Assembly: GCA_051294905.1 (NCBI GenBank)
Contig: CM119371.1
Location: 28,956,001 to 29,020,000, forward strand
Length of the DNA stretch: 64,000 nt
Direction: 5' to 3'
Source: Botryllus schlosseri
Taxonomy: Eukaryota
Below, piece after piece: positions 1-13,876 of this stretch. The position numbers were made by a program, and so were the translations under genes. The number at the start of each line of letters is the position of its first letter. The stretch's first letter is position 1. The notes below the pieces were generated by a model. It did no database searches. It was not told where the DNA came from and was given only the letters and a program-made list of their open reading frames with translations.

Positions 1-280
1 CGGCGCAATAGATGAATAACTGCTTGCTCTCACAGAGCGTATAGGCGTGTCAAGAACATCTACCTCTACTGGTACAGCGATTTTTTCGACACCGATTACT
101 TGATCACTTGAAATTGACTCAAAAACTGTTCTTTGAGTCACGAGTCAATTATGATACGCATATGACATAATTGACATATGATACGCCGAGTCAAGTCAAG
201 TCAATTTGGCAAAGTGACATGAGTGAAGTCAAATCATCTGAAAAAGTCATCAAGTGATGACTTGAGTCGTCCCAACACTA
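1..280 (+). mobile_element. Right end of a GACTC/GAGTC-rich hAT-type MITE (same family as 14611-17135)
   Basis: Colinear similarity to about 16860-17135; ends cccaacacta versus ttccaacactg. Confidence 0.75.
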
Positions 281-918
281 GTGCTAACAAACGGGCAGTC
301 ACCATGACCAAGCTATCTCCTGAGTAGCCAATTATGCAACTCCATCGCTTTGGACTTCCAATTTTAAAACAATTGTCGTTGACAGCATTGAAAAACACCA
401 GAACACCGGAACCCCTAGCTACTAACACATGGCTTATACATTCAATTACTTGCGTTCTTGTAACGCTATTTACGGGCTACGTTTGACAGAAAACATCAAG
501 AAGGTTATTTCGACTCCTTTCCATAGCATTGCTTTCTAGTGGCATTTTGAACGATAAAAACGGTTTATATATGAAAACAAACCTTAATGCAGCAACTAGG
601 CAGGCTTCTGTCTTGCTCATACGAATGAAAATAAGGCTTCACGAAACCAACAAGACAAGAACATTAGTAGGCTACATCCTGACAAAGTACTGATGGCAAG
701 CATTATGTAATAATGGTACAAACCTTGCCATCGAAAAATCAATTTGCTCAAAAGAACACCATTCAACAAGTGATCACTACATGACTGTGACAGATGTCAT
801 GGACAAGATGATACGTGAATTTTTGGTGACAGTTGAAATACCGGACGATACATAAATAGGCAAGGCTACTTGGTAATTTAAAATTGAACCGTCATTTGAA
901 TAAATATAGGGCCTACAC

Positions 919-2098
919 CAGGGCCGGGCAACATACGGCCCACGGGCCGGATCTGGCCTGCTAGGGCATTTTGTCCGGCCCGCGGACAGCTTCCTGTCTT
1001 ACATGATAATGTGGCCCGCAGACGAGCAGTCTGCCGAGATTCCCCACTACTCGATTACTACGTCAAATTTTAGTGACTGTGTGTTAATATATTCATGTGT
1101 GCGAACTGCGCAGCGTGCGAGAGTGGAGCTTCCTGGTAAGTGTGTCGGAACGAGAAGACTTGCATTGTCAGCATTGACTATATACCTAACCCCAATGTTG
1201 TTTGCAGTAATCATGGTGTTTGTCGACTGCAATTGCCATTTACACCAGGCCGATATTTCTTATTTTTGATTCCCTAACCACCAACTGGTAGCACGGCACA
1301 CGTCCAGGCTAAATTAGTACGCCGCTAAATTGGTATGCCGATGAGATGGCGAGGAGGAGCCTAGGTTAGGTGGCACTTCTTGAGTCGGACTCGAACACAC
1401 TACACATTGGGTTTTGTAGCTGTGGATTATACCACTACACTATCTCGCAACCTATACTCAACCCTAATGAATTGATATCTTGGTAAATTTGGGGTACCGG
1501 GCTTATCGAACAAATTAAAATCTTAATTAGGGATTGATCCTTGTATTTATTGATCAGAGATAATCAGACATGGTGGGGCATGTATGACAGTCGTTCTCAA
1601 GCTGGGGGGGCGCCAAACCACAGTTAACTGAGAATTTTTTCGTGCTCCGCGCGATTTATCTGAAGCTCATGGTCTTTACGCTATCTATTGTCCTAATTTC
1701 ATCTAAGTTGAGAATTCTCTCATCAATAGCCATAACCATTACTACCATCCAACTATCCGTTGGGATGGTTAGCATTCTGACTCACGTCTTTAATATCTGT
1801 GATATCACGATAAGAGGGCTCGGAATTTTTCACTATCAAAAAGTGGGCGTGTTCAAAAAAGTTGGAGAACCACATGACAATGCTGTTCTCAAATACAGAT
1901 TTTCTTCGTCATGATCGGCGAGAAATTGCTTCTAAATAACACTGCTTCGTTAAAATACTATCATTAAATACGATTTATACCATGTATAATGTATATGTGA
2001 ATAAATGGGCAAATAATGTATCGATTCAGCAATCCGGCCCGCTAAGTACCTAATTTTCTTATATCCGGCCCGCCGACCGGAGAAGTTGCCCGCCCCTG
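919..2098. mobile_element. hAT (Buster/Charlie-like) non-autonomous element containing a SINE
   Basis: TIR cagggccgggcaac...gttgcccgcccctg; 8-bp TSD gcctacac at 911-918 and 2099-2106. Confidence 0.85.
1196..1452 (-). mobile_element. tRNA-derived SINE family A
   Basis: Minus strand GCGAGATAGTGTAGTGG (A box) ... GTTCGAGTCC (B box); body shared with several other copies in the window. Confidence 0.8.
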
Positions 2099-2106
2099 GC
2101 CTACAC

Positions 2107-3399
2107 CATGGGTGTCAAACTCAACTGACGTCGCGGTCCGGATTCAACACTCTGGATCGCTCGCGGGCCGCACTAGTTCAATGATTCCAAAATATAACCA
2201 AAAAACCCATGCCCTTGTTTTTTCAATTGAATAGACCTATTTCATTATCAAGCCTGCAGCCACAGTACTATATTACATTATATTACGGATCATTGGGGTT
2301 CTATTGTAGCGGCAACTTTATTCACATCCAATGGAGTAAGCAACAATACGATGATTGGGTGGCAGAATATAGTTATCAACCAATAACACAGTGGCTCTAA
2401 CGATGATGGCAGTTGGCATATTTCTATGCTCCCTTAGTTTTAGTCATACTGGCGTCAACCCGGGTGTTAATGAATCGATTCACGATTATGTTAATGACTC
2501 GACTCGTGCGCAAGTGATTGTGCAATACTCCAACCAAGTCATATTGCATGGAGACTAGGGCGACCAAGATAGACAGTTCATTGTAACTTCGAAGAATAAT
2601 AAAGTCAGCACATTATTGGTATTTCGTCTCAGTCCTGATACTTGAAAAATAGTGCCAAAAACTGAAGTGAATTACTATTATGAACATAAATGCGAGCCAT
2701 TCCATCCCACTCTGGCAGAGTTGACAAAAGTGGGTGGAACCGGAGTGAACACGATGACTTGGCCTCGACCCTCCACTAGCTGACTTGGACTTGACTCGGT
2801 TATGAATTGAAAATGAGTCAACTTGACTCGAGTGAAAACGATAAAAGTGTGATTGATTAGAGACTCGTGACTTGCGACTTGGCTACAACCCTGGTGTAAA
2901 CCCTGGCTATGCATTGTGAGGAATAGAAAATATTATAGACTGTACACGCTGACGCTGAAAATTGCTTACTGTTGTTATATTGAGATTCGGGTTTCTCTCA
3001 AGGCCGGATATCTTTTGAGTCAGAAGTGATGCAGCAGTGCAACCACAGATATTGGAGCTACATTACTGTGTAACTAGTATATTCTCTGTGTAACCAGCAT
3101 ATTACAGTTACGCATTAGCGTTCTAGCTTCTATGAATAACTAGATTTTGGTCAATTTTTCGACTTGGTCCTAATGGCGACAAGAACCCTCCTCAACAGAG
3201 AAGTCAGGTGGCTTTAATACGGCCTATGAACAACTCGACATTTGCTGTCTTTAGAGATTATTAAGTGAGAGTAATTATTACTGAAAATTTCAAGATTTGT
3301 TAGAAATGTGCTGGATTATACACACGCGGGCCCGTCGGGCCGTATAAAATCACCTGGCAGGCCGGATGCGGCCAGTGGGCCGTATGTTTGACACCCTTG
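2107..3399. mobile_element. hAT (Buster/Charlie-like) non-autonomous element, inverted homologue of 33318-39689
   Basis: TIR catgggtgtcaaac...gtttgacacccttg; TSD gcctacac/gcctaccc; contains a short GACTC-family element at about 2460-2893. Confidence 0.85.
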
Positions 3400-3407
3400 G
3401 CCTACCC

Positions 3408-3735
3408 ACACTATAAAAGTTGATATGTTATACTGATGAATCTAGAGGAAAGAAAAAGGAAGCTTTCCTCTCCTATTTTGCCTTGATGAAACACAGAAAT
3501 TGGTTTTAACACTGAACACTGCTGCATGTCGGCGTTGTTGACAAATGGTAATTCAAAATTGACCGTAATTTGGAGATATATAGGTCCTACACTACACTAC
3601 ACGATAAAAGTTGATATGCCATAGCCATAGTGACGAATCTAGACGAAAGTAAAGGGAAGCTTCCCTCTCCTATTCTGCCCTAATGAAACACATGAATTTT
3701 TGTTTTGTTGCAGAACACTGCTGCCTGTCGATGTA
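3408..3735 (+). repeat. Diverged tandem duplication of about 190 bp; first copy split from 871-918 by two MITEs
   Basis: taaaagttgatatg...gaatctaga.gaaag...ggaagctt.cctctcctatt...gaacactgctgc occurs twice. Confidence 0.8.
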
Positions 3736-4052
3736 ATTAGCCAATCTCATAGTAAAGGCCATTCTAATACTTCAATGCATTAATGCTTTACAAGGCGAAC
3801 ATGTAGGGCACAGGAAATAGGCAATAGGCATATACCAACGAGCTCGACCGCAGCGCGACGCATTTGCTTTATTGGCAGTCACACGGTTCAATCATTTCCT
3901 GCAAACTAGGCTAATAACTTTAGCAGCATACGAAAATTGGTAATTGATTTTGGCTCACTAATTTCATTTCACGAATTCTTCAGCTACAACTATATATGGT
4001 AACGGCAGTGACAACATCTTGCGTAACAATTGATGATGTAGAATATGAATAG

Positions 4053-5036
4053 TAGGGATGGTGTGAACGTGAGGTTCACGTTCGCGTTCTGTGTGTGAAC
4101 CTCGGAAATTTAGAGGTTCACGTTCACAAACGAACCTTGGTAGGTTCTGCACTGTGAACCTTTTTCATGTATTACAATTTCTTTGGTTGAAATTCATTGT
4201 ATTTCAACTGCGGGCCACTATATGCATGGCGCTGGCAGCATAAAAAAAATCAACACTAAACGAGCATGACCCTTGACAATCTCTAAAATATTAGTGGCTT
4301 TGTTTCAAAAATTACTCGAAATATCCAGCTTTCCGTTTGTGAATATTTAATGACTCTGTGCTGTGAGCTTGGCCCGCAATCACAGAACATCAAGAGTGAA
4401 ATACACTACATGTAGATAGTCAGCGAATTATGCTTGTGCAACCAATCAATGGACCTGATATCGTTCTCTCGTGTAAAAAATCTAGCAATGGTACGGGGTC
4501 CATCTCGATTTCATATGTTTATGGTATCATCAAAACCAAATCCGCGTGAGTGGGGTGTTGGCTACTGCTATATAACTTGTTAATGGGGTAGAACCCATAG
4601 CACACTCTGCTCAATATCAACGTAGCAACACTCGGACGCCGAATACATTATATTGTCTGTCCTAGCCCGTTAGGCGTAAAAGTAAAGCTCATATTCCCTT
4701 GCAAGTCCTCGTTGAAACTGTTAGCAAAGCGACGGAAGAAATTGATTTTATGGAATTATGATACCATTTGATAGCTCCAGTTGATACATTTGGCAACCTT
4801 TAAAAGGTCAGTATGTAGGCCTACTTCAGAATTGTGGCATTACGTGGCCTGAGTCGTCGCTAGGTATCGTGTACAACTGTACATTAAAACATATCACTTC
4901 ACTGAAATGTAGGGTTGGAATTATAGATATGACGTCACGTGACGTCATGAGGTTCACGTTCGCGTTCACACAGAACCTTTCAAAAAGGTTCGCGTTCACA
5001 CGAACCTGAACCTTTCAAGGGTTCACACCATCCCTA
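4053..5036 (+). mobile_element. hAT-type MITE, GTTCAC-repeat family
   Basis: TIR tagggatggtgtgaac...gttcacaccatcccta; perfect TSD atgaatag. Confidence 0.9.
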
Positions 5037-5145
5037 ATGAATAGTTATATAGGCCCTATTTGAGATTTGAATATTGAAATTCAAACGGCACCTCCAATGC
5101 TCATAAGCTGTGCACAGTAAATATGCAGGTGACATTGGTTACCAG

Positions 5146-5657
5146 TAGGGCTGGGCACAATGATTAGAGTACTCGAATCTGAATCGCGTACTAATTTTAA
5201 TGATTCAAATCGAGTAGCAAAATACAATTTTTCCAGTACTGAAATTATACGCTCCTCGCCACTGAAAGCTAATTTATCAACGAGAATTATAGTTTTGATA
5301 CTAATTTTCACTGTTGAAGCCTTGATTGGCTGTATCGTAGCGTATGAAACATATACCGTAGTACAAAGCCACGAACGTTACTAGAAATAACACATTTCCG
5401 AAGTCACGATTATCCCACAACATTGTCACCAAGTACAATGAAATCGACATGGTCGAAAAATATCAACGTATCTTTAGTGTGATGGATAACAGGAATTATA
5501 GTCTTTGTGGCCGCGTAAAAGGTACATATTTGAAATTCGACATACTACATTATATTGTGACGTCATAATGGGTGGTACTCGATTACTCGACTCGAAGCAT
5601 TTCACGTGATTCAGAATCGAATCACTCATGTCAGGTACTCGATTTTGCCCAGCCCTA
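5146..5657 (+). mobile_element. hAT-type MITE (same family as 28646-29161)
   Basis: TIR tagggctgggca...tgcccagcccta; perfect TSD gttaccag. Confidence 0.9.
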
Positions 5658-7949
5658 GTTACCAGGATGGCAGCAACTTTGTTTTTGCAATTATGTAAAC
5701 GACGCATTAAGCCCAACAAGTTCTATTTTTCAGTGCAAAATAGAGGGAAATACTGATACAGTCAACAATGGTCACAGGTGAAACCCAAGTGGTTGGAAAA
5801 TTAAAGTGGCATAATTTGTTGTTTCGTAGTATCAACTAGGATAATTCTAGCTTACTTTCTACATTAATGTTATTTTCTGACACCCTAAATAACTCAAAAG
5901 CTAAGGTACCGTAGTATATTTGCCCGACTATAGAAAAATCTAATATATTAATCTAATCAATGAGTAGGCCTAATTAATTGCAAATCAAACACACCAATGC
6001 GGAGATATGAGAATCTGTAACCTGAAACGATGCATCTACGGTCTTTCTCTCATCAAAGGTCTGAATGAGGTTGCTGAACAAATTATATACACTATGCCAA
6101 CAACTTGCATTTCAGCCAGTGGTTCTCAAACTTTTTCAGACATGCCCCCCTTAGGGTGGTATCACAAAATATTAAAGAGAGTTACTAGAATGCTAGCAAT
6201 CCCAACGTATCGTTTGATGGCATTTAAGGCTGTGACTTTTGACGAGAGAGTACTCAAATGTGAAATTTGGCCAATAGACCGACCATTAACTAATAACTGG
6301 AGATAAATCGCGCCGAGCGGGAAATAGTGTCCAGTTTACTGTAGCTTTGTGCCCCCCTGCAGATGCTTTCAAGCTCCACCAGTCTGAGAACAACTGCTTT
6401 TGAGTAGAAAACAATTCGATGGAAAGTCATTATGACGATCAGACAGCTTTGTCATGAATTAGGCATGCCAACCTTGCAACACCCAAAACACAGGCTCATT
6501 ATGGCCATACTAGTAGGCCTACCAACAGCACTGACAATGTCCAACTGACCAATTAAAAAATTGTTCATTACTTTTCGAGCTAACAAGGAATCAGGCATAA
6601 AAAGAGGATCCATAAATCAACGATGTGGATGAATATATGATGCCCATAGAAAAGCCGGCGGAAATTGCTTAGGAAGGTGTGGACAATCAAACGCCATTGC
6701 AAGAATTAGGGGAGAGTGGGTAGGTATGGGCCACCAAATCTTACAAAGCTATAACTTGGCCAAACTTGGTCTAATATTCCTAAATTTCGGTATAGACTAT
6801 CATTAGTTATATGGCTAACTATTACTGGTAGAATTAAGCTAAAAAAAACTGTATTTGGAAGTGACATCAATTTTTGTAACAATACATCAGTTTTGTAAAT
6901 AAAAAATAGGCTATGAGGTATGGGCCGGGGGGTGGTGAGGTATGGGCCGCTGTCTGTATTGAACAGTGGCGGCTCGTGACAATATCAGGTGGTGGGGCAA
7001 GGGCTGCGAGCGACTTTTATCAACATGACGTCACAATGGCGTTTTCCAACGTAAAAAAGTAACTTTATGATGGTCACATGAATTTCCCGACAACAGTGAT
7101 TTTAACGTAGGTGCCGCGAGAGGTTTGCCGGTGAGCCGTGACTTGAAGTGTGGTAACAAATGTTTTATTCATTTATTTTTAATCAAAGGATTATTTTACA
7201 AAATGTACGTGAACTAAGAATCGTCCCTATGCCACGAATCAAGTATCAGGTCATCCTTAGTAGCATGCGTTTTGATTTCATGGTAGAGTTATAGATTACG
7301 CAAATCGATAGACCCTAAAATCCGACCGTCACCCCAAATTCGAAATCCGGATCCAGTCCGGCCAGGTAAAAAAACATTGAAATCCTGCTCCTGCTCCTGA
7401 ACCGGACTGTGGCCATCTCTGGTTACGACCAGGTGATAATAGGCAACCAAAGCGGAGGCACCCGGCGTACGATTGGATCAATAGACTGGACAACTTCTAG
7501 ACCTCTCATTTTCGCTCTAAAGGCAACTGCGTAAACTACGTACGGAATAAAGATTCAATACGATTCATGTTCGCACTTGACTTGACCTGACTAATTCCAA
7601 TGACTAGAACTCGAGAGATTGCGTAAGCCTAACTGGAAAGGTCAACGAGTTCGGAAACATACGCAATTGTTATCTCATAGATTGGGCCTGTCATATTGAA
7701 TCCAGAACATCAATTTGAATGGTCTTTGAAGAACTAAGGACAGCAGCCTCGGAACTTCGGTCTCGGAACAACGTAGGACATTTTGGCCTTGAAACTGGAG
7801 ACTGTGACACAACACATACGGCTTACTGTCTATAAGTCTGCTGCGAAATCGCCGTTGGAAAATATAATAATATATAAATAGATGAATAAAAGCCGTAACT
7901 TAGTATACTGTTACAAGAAATCATCGAGAAGTAGCATACGCAATCTCAT

Positions 7950-8880
7950 AACCCATTCCGGTATGGTACACTGTCAAAATCAATGCAAACAGACGAACAC
8001 CGAACTTTGAGTAAAATAGATCGAGGAATAGGCTGATCGAATGATCAGCTGTTAGCCGACATCGAAAATGAAATAGCTATCGCAATTGACAGGGGATTGT
8101 AAGCAAATGGTTTGAAGGCCACAATTTCACAGTGAAATGGACATTGGCGAACATAAAATTATGCGAATACTTGAATGCAAACCGAGAATCTTGGTTAGCT
8201 GTTTCATGCGATCATCGAGATATACCATTGGAAATATCATCACCGATCTCGTTATGGAACGCAGACTATAGATTAGCACAGACCGACACCGGCTTTTGCG
8301 TGAGATCCGCAATGACGTAGGTAGGCTAAGTATCAGATCAGCGCGCATCTCTACCATACTCGACCTCGAAAACGAAATAACTGCACCTGGCACCGCGTTC
8401 GATACTAAAATCAAGACATACTGTGTGAAAGCTCATGACAGATCTAGGTATGGAACATCGTTAAAATCAATAGAGACCAATAACGGCTTTTGCGTAAATT
8501 TGTTGGCGATAAATGAAGAGTCAGCTCTTACTCGACTTTGGAAACGAAATTACCACCCACATAGTTCAGTGACAAACTTAAAACTTGTTACATCGGTCGA
8601 TACTAACACTTACCGTGCCAAATGTCATGACCGATCTCGGTATAGAACATCGTCAAAATCAATGGAGACCAATACCGGCTTTTGAGTAAAATCCGTTTGC
8701 TGTACTATGTACATGATAGATCAGCACACACTGAACTTCGGAAACGGAATTACTACCATTATCTTTAAGTAGCAAGCCTGAAACTTGGAGCAGTGTTAAA
8801 TACTACCTTCACGACATATCATACCAAGTTTCAAGAATTATCATGGTGCGAAACACCGTCAAAATCGACCTATACCAGCA
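7950..8880 (+). repeat. Diverged tandem repeat of about 190 bp (roughly 4-5 units)
   Basis: Recurring ggtatggaacatcgtcaaaatcaat..agaccaataccggcttttg.gtaaa near 7960, 8250, 8448, 8640 and 8843. Confidence 0.7.
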
Positions 8881-8906
8881 AAGGTCGACTCAACGCATAT
8901 TACGGT

Positions 8907-10369
8907 CAGGGGCGTAGTCAGCCGAAAAAAAACGGGGGATATTTATTAAAACGGGGGATATTTTTTGAAAAGATGATATTCGTTATGCTAACCACTTTAT
9001 TGCGGTTTAATACACACAAATGCCGATACAACAAGGGTAAGATAATCTAGTTTGTGTTTACGTCTTTATACACATGAACATTTGCCAGTTATCTTAAAAT
9101 ATAGCTCTATTATGCGCAGTCGCATGCTACAGTAACAAACAGAAGGCGCTTTTCCCTTGCGCGCCACTATTTGCCGACAGCGAGTTTCATGCGCGCGGAT
9201 TTTGATACAAAGCGCGCTCGAATCATGACTCAACGCAGCAGGTGATCGACGATCACCTCGCAAATCACAATGTATCAGATCAGATGGAAGTAGCAAACAA
9301 ATTTCGATGGTAGCGAGGTATCTTGACCTTAATTACCAAAGCGAGGATGTAATCACGAAAGTGCGCGCAGATCATATTACAACACAGTGGAAGATCTCTC
9401 CATTTTGCGCTCAAAGACGAACACTCGAACAGTGAAGATACGCAAATGAATTATAGTCTGTTGCCGTTTGATACAAACAATCTGGATTAATTTTGTTTTA
9501 AATCAATATGATTTTTACTGTCTGCCAAGATGGTGTGTGGAGATGGTAAAGACTAATTACCGCTCGAGCTTGTGCTTGCATCACGTGAATAACAGTGGCC
9601 TGGCGCAGGCTTAGGCTCGCGATCAAAATGCATTCCTAAACGCGTTTGCGGTGTAGAAGTGACAATTGCGAATTGTCGAGGCCAAGACTATAACTTCTGG
9701 TTATTACAATAGCACATCGAGTAGCACTATCACGCGCCGCGAGTCACAGAGCGGCCTAATTTTCCTAGCCTCCAATGTTTTACTACTAGCCAAGCGCGTT
9801 ATGATAGGACAGTCAGCAAATGCGCCAGAGGCCTGAGACACGAAACGGCTGGAGATCTGGAAACCCACACACAACAACCGAACTAAATGATCGCAAATTG
9901 GATCAATACATAATAGATTCCATACAGAACATTTGATTGGTACGATCTGTTTTGGTACTGTAGGGATCTGCTATCTCTAATGATTCAAGCCTAGCGCGCA
10001 TGTTCTAAACGTTTGTTGACAATAGACTGTCAAACACGAAAACCAACTCGCGCCGTATCGAAATTTCAATGCGAGTGTTATTGTTACTGTGACTTCTGGT
10101 TCTGTAACTGGATAATATCATTCAGATGAGACGGGAGAGCCATGTGAGATGCGTTTTTCGGGCTTCCGTAGACGAGAGAACAATATGAGAAAAAGGCATC
10201 ACCGCAATGCATTGATCGATGGCGTGATGATGCCGCTCGGCAATTAGGGGATTATCGAATTAGAACAAGAAATATTAGATCAATGGAAATATACGTAAGA
10301 CGGGGGGTATTTCGAGCTTGGAAACGGGGGGTATCGGACACCGATTATCCCCCCCTGTCTACGCCACTG
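8907..10369. mobile_element. hAT-type element, third nesting level
   Basis: TIR caggggcgtag...ctacgccactg; perfect TSD attacggt. Confidence 0.88.
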
Positions 10370-13213
10370 ATTACGGTAACCGAGTTCAGATATAGATACG
10401 ATTGTTACATCACACCTTAGGGGCGAGTAGGCATATTTGCCCCGGTTGCTCGGCCATTTTACGAATAGGAGAGAGTAAATCACCGTTTCTTTATTGTGCG
10501 CGGCTTTGAGAGAATAGATAGTGAAAGCTTGTTATGAGCGCTACCGGGGCAAGCCCCGGCTAGGCATTCACAAAGCGAAAACACAGAAGAGAATTCGATT
10601 TTCGCAGAGACTTCGCTATGTATGGGCGTTTGCAAGCGAAAGCACAAGAAGAACGCGGGTTTCGCTGTGATCTCGGTATATATTGATTGCTGTGCGTCTA
10701 TAAATGGTTAAATTGTTATTGAACAGAATTTTAGGTGGGGCAATGCCCCAGTTGCCCTATAGGACGAGCCGCCACTGGTATTGAATCAATAAATGCCATT
10801 CATATCGTACAAACCTCAACTCTTGTCACAGTTAACAACAGTTTGTATATACTGATATAAAGCTGGGCTGGAAGTGGACAATTCATATAGTTCAATTCCC
10901 GCATTGATCGTGAGCCATAACGCATAACGAAACAAGATAACTAAAAATGTGTAACATGAAAATCACTATTAAATCGTGCTTCTTTCGCCTCAACTACCCC
11001 ATCAGATCCAAATGTCGCAGCTCTATCTCTTATTTATGTGGGAGAGACAAACCATGATACATATCTGAGCATATGATGACATACTGTGCTAACAAAGTTT
11101 TCTCCTCTTCATTAAAGACAGTATTAGAAAACGAATTTGAAATCGTTTTCATGTGAGACTCATCCCCTGTTTTTCCATACGCCTGTTTAATGTAGCTCTA
11201 CCAATTTTGTACTGGCGGCATGCTTCTCTTTTTGATACCTCCCATGCTTTAACGTTGCATATTGCCAAGCTCATATCTGATTCTGAAAACTGACCTTTTT
11301 ATGGATTTCATGATTTACTTTCGAGTGATTGTATATGGGAGGGATAAGACCAACACCTTCTGGATTCTAGAGGTAAATATATTGAATAGGATCAATAAAA
11401 TAGTGATTTCAGGTATATGTTATGCTGTCCCATACCCCAACCTGCTAAAAGTCCCATACCTCAAACACTCCATCTTGGGAATTCTTGCCATAATTTCAAG
11501 ATCTGAGAGATAGACAAAGCATTAAAACTATAGCTTTCACACCATAAATAAGTCTAATCCAAACCTGCACATATGTGGACTCAAACCCAAATTCCCTATT
11601 TTCAAATAAATTTACTCTGGACCGCAAAAATGATATATCTCTAACTGATTCAAAAACTCCGCTGGCCTCATGGCTGTGAGTAACATGGGTGAGTCTGGAA
11701 CCTTTTTCTAACAATCACACAGCTTGACAAGCATATGTAATGTCACAGTCACCAGATATGGCAGTGGCTCACACCTCAACAGTGGCCAATACCTACCCAC
11801 TCTCCCCTACTCACTGGATATAGATCTGCCGTCACACACCAACGAGAGAATCCCCAGTAACCTCAATGTTAAGAGGGTTTCTGAAACGAATTTCAAAAGA
11901 AAGTACTAAGCAACTATTAAGTAGCCTACAGAAGGTCGTCAATCGGGATCAAGAAACGTGGTTAAGGAGGCAACAAACTAACAGTCGTACCAACAAGATT
12001 CAACAGAAGCATTTTTTGTAGGGGCAGTCTGGGGCGTCTATGCATCTTCCAAAAATCAATACAATCCTAAAGAAAAAGGTTTGGGGAATATAAATATCAA
12101 GGCAATCAATTTTCTCAGCCAATCTCGAGCATCGAAGGGGCACCTAAAAATATTTCATAAATCAGCATCGAGTAGAGTGTTCTGAGGCAGATTTATTCAA
12201 CTTGATATGCTTCTTTGAGCTCAAAACATATAGGAACCCTACACCATCGTCTTTAAGCTGTCTTGCTGGTTATAACTCCCTGGTTTTTGCTGAAATGTAC
12301 CCTGATCAGTGATTACATACGGTAGGCCTATGCCTTCCCAAATAAAGACATAACGACGTATGTTACCTTTCATTATTTGGTGAAATATGTTTCATTCATC
12401 AATTATGGCTTATTACAGTCCGACATTGCTGGACTGTGACAGACATCATAGTTCGCTTGTAGTCACCAAGCTGCACAGAGGAGTTCAATGAATTTTTGGT
12501 GCAGTTTCTTACAAATCTTTGTTAGCTTGGGGTTATTATCTATTAGCTTGCAATAACCTGATTGAAACTCTTGACTTTCGGACTGTGGATGGCGTGGGAT
12601 TTATAAGCAGCTAATACGTGTCAAAGGTCCCTACTTCCATGCTTGTTGTTGATCAAATGCAAATTTTGATGAGAGCACAAAGTGATCATATTATGTAGAA
12701 TGGGAACGTTCATTTCCAGAATAGGGATATATGATCATATCGAAGACTGTCCCATACCAATCGACAGCAAAAAGCACGTTTAACTACCACCATTACAAAA
12801 AAGCCATATTTGAAATGTGTAGGTTGATGGCGTTGTAAGGGTTCAAGTGGAATTTTTCGTACGGCATGGTTTTCATATTATTAAAGCCGCCTTCTCCAGT
12901 TACACTATGGCTACACCAATGGTTCTAGCTAGACCTTTAATAACCTAGCAAACCCTTACACTAACCTGCAAACCGATTTGCTGGACACCAGTTCAATCTA
13001 GGTTAACATAATTGTACTTGTCTTAGAAATACAATTGAATAGTATATTCATATTGAAATGAACCCGAATATTATCAGCTGACACTCGTCAGGGGTAATCG
13101 TATATCGTCAACAGCTTGTGGAGAATTGGAAAGAACACAGTATATCAACAATCGTATCACAAAATACGACGACACCAGCATGAAATGAGATCGCAAAGTC
13201 GGTATGGGTACAC

Positions 13214-13876
13214 TAGGGCTCTTCAAAAATTACTTTTTTTCTCAAATCGTACTGGCTACTTGATAAAATTGTCAGGTTACCTAATTTAAGCCTACACACA
13301 AAATTTGGCTCAATTCCAGCAAGTAACCGCTTTGCTACAGGAGAAGAAAGTTTCTAATTATTATATAAAAATAAATAATAAAAAATTTGAAAATTTTCTG
13401 TTCACCCCATGAAAGTGTTAGGCTGTCTATAAAAACGATCCTCACCAAATTTGGTTCAATTCCAACCAGTGGATGCGGAGTTATTGCCGTCGAAAAATTT
13501 GGATTCGAATAAAATAGTATTTACGGTGAGCACAACTATAATAAATAAACAAAGACTCGGTCACCGTAAATACTATTTTATTCAAATCCAAATTTTTCGA
13601 CGGCAATATCTCCGCTTCCACTGGTTGGAATTGAACCAAATTTGGTGAGCATCGTTTCTATAGACAGCCTAAGACTTTCATGGGGTGAACAGAAAATTTT
13701 CAAATTTTTTATTGTTTGTTTTTATATAATAAATATAAACTTTCTTCTCCTGTAGCAAAGCGGTTACTGGCTGGAATTGAACCAAATTATGTGTGTAGAC
13801 TTAAATTAGGTAACCTAACAATTTTATCAAGTAGCCAGTACGATTTGAGAAACAAAGTCATTTTTGAAGAGCCCTA
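13214..13876. mobile_element. Fold-back (palindromic) MITE with arms of about 315 bp
   Basis: tagggctcttcaaaaat...atttttgaagagcccta; arms complementary up to a loop of about 30 nt near 13530-13560; perfect TSD gggtacac. Confidence 0.92.

Larger units (their letters stand above)
6964..10777. mobile_element. hAT-type non-autonomous element nested in 6709-11807
   Basis: TIR cagtggcggctcgt...acgagccgccactg; perfect TSD gtattgaa. Confidence 0.9.
6709..11807. mobile_element. TA-flanked (Tc1/mariner-pogo-like) non-autonomous element hosting nested hAT elements
   Basis: TIR ggggagagtgggtaggtatgggcca...tggccaatacctacccactctcccc; TA on both sides. Confidence 0.8.

Noticed and set aside
3430..3520. 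CTGATGA...GAAA and TGATGA...CTGA, suggesting a hammerhead ribozyme or C/D snoRNA
   Set aside because: No stem II or terminal stem, and the boxes are not conserved in the adjacent duplicate (gtgacga, ctaatga, gcaga).
8127..9050. Cluster of 60-130 aa ORFs
   Set aside because: They follow the ~190-bp tandem repeat inside a transposon and show no protein motifs.
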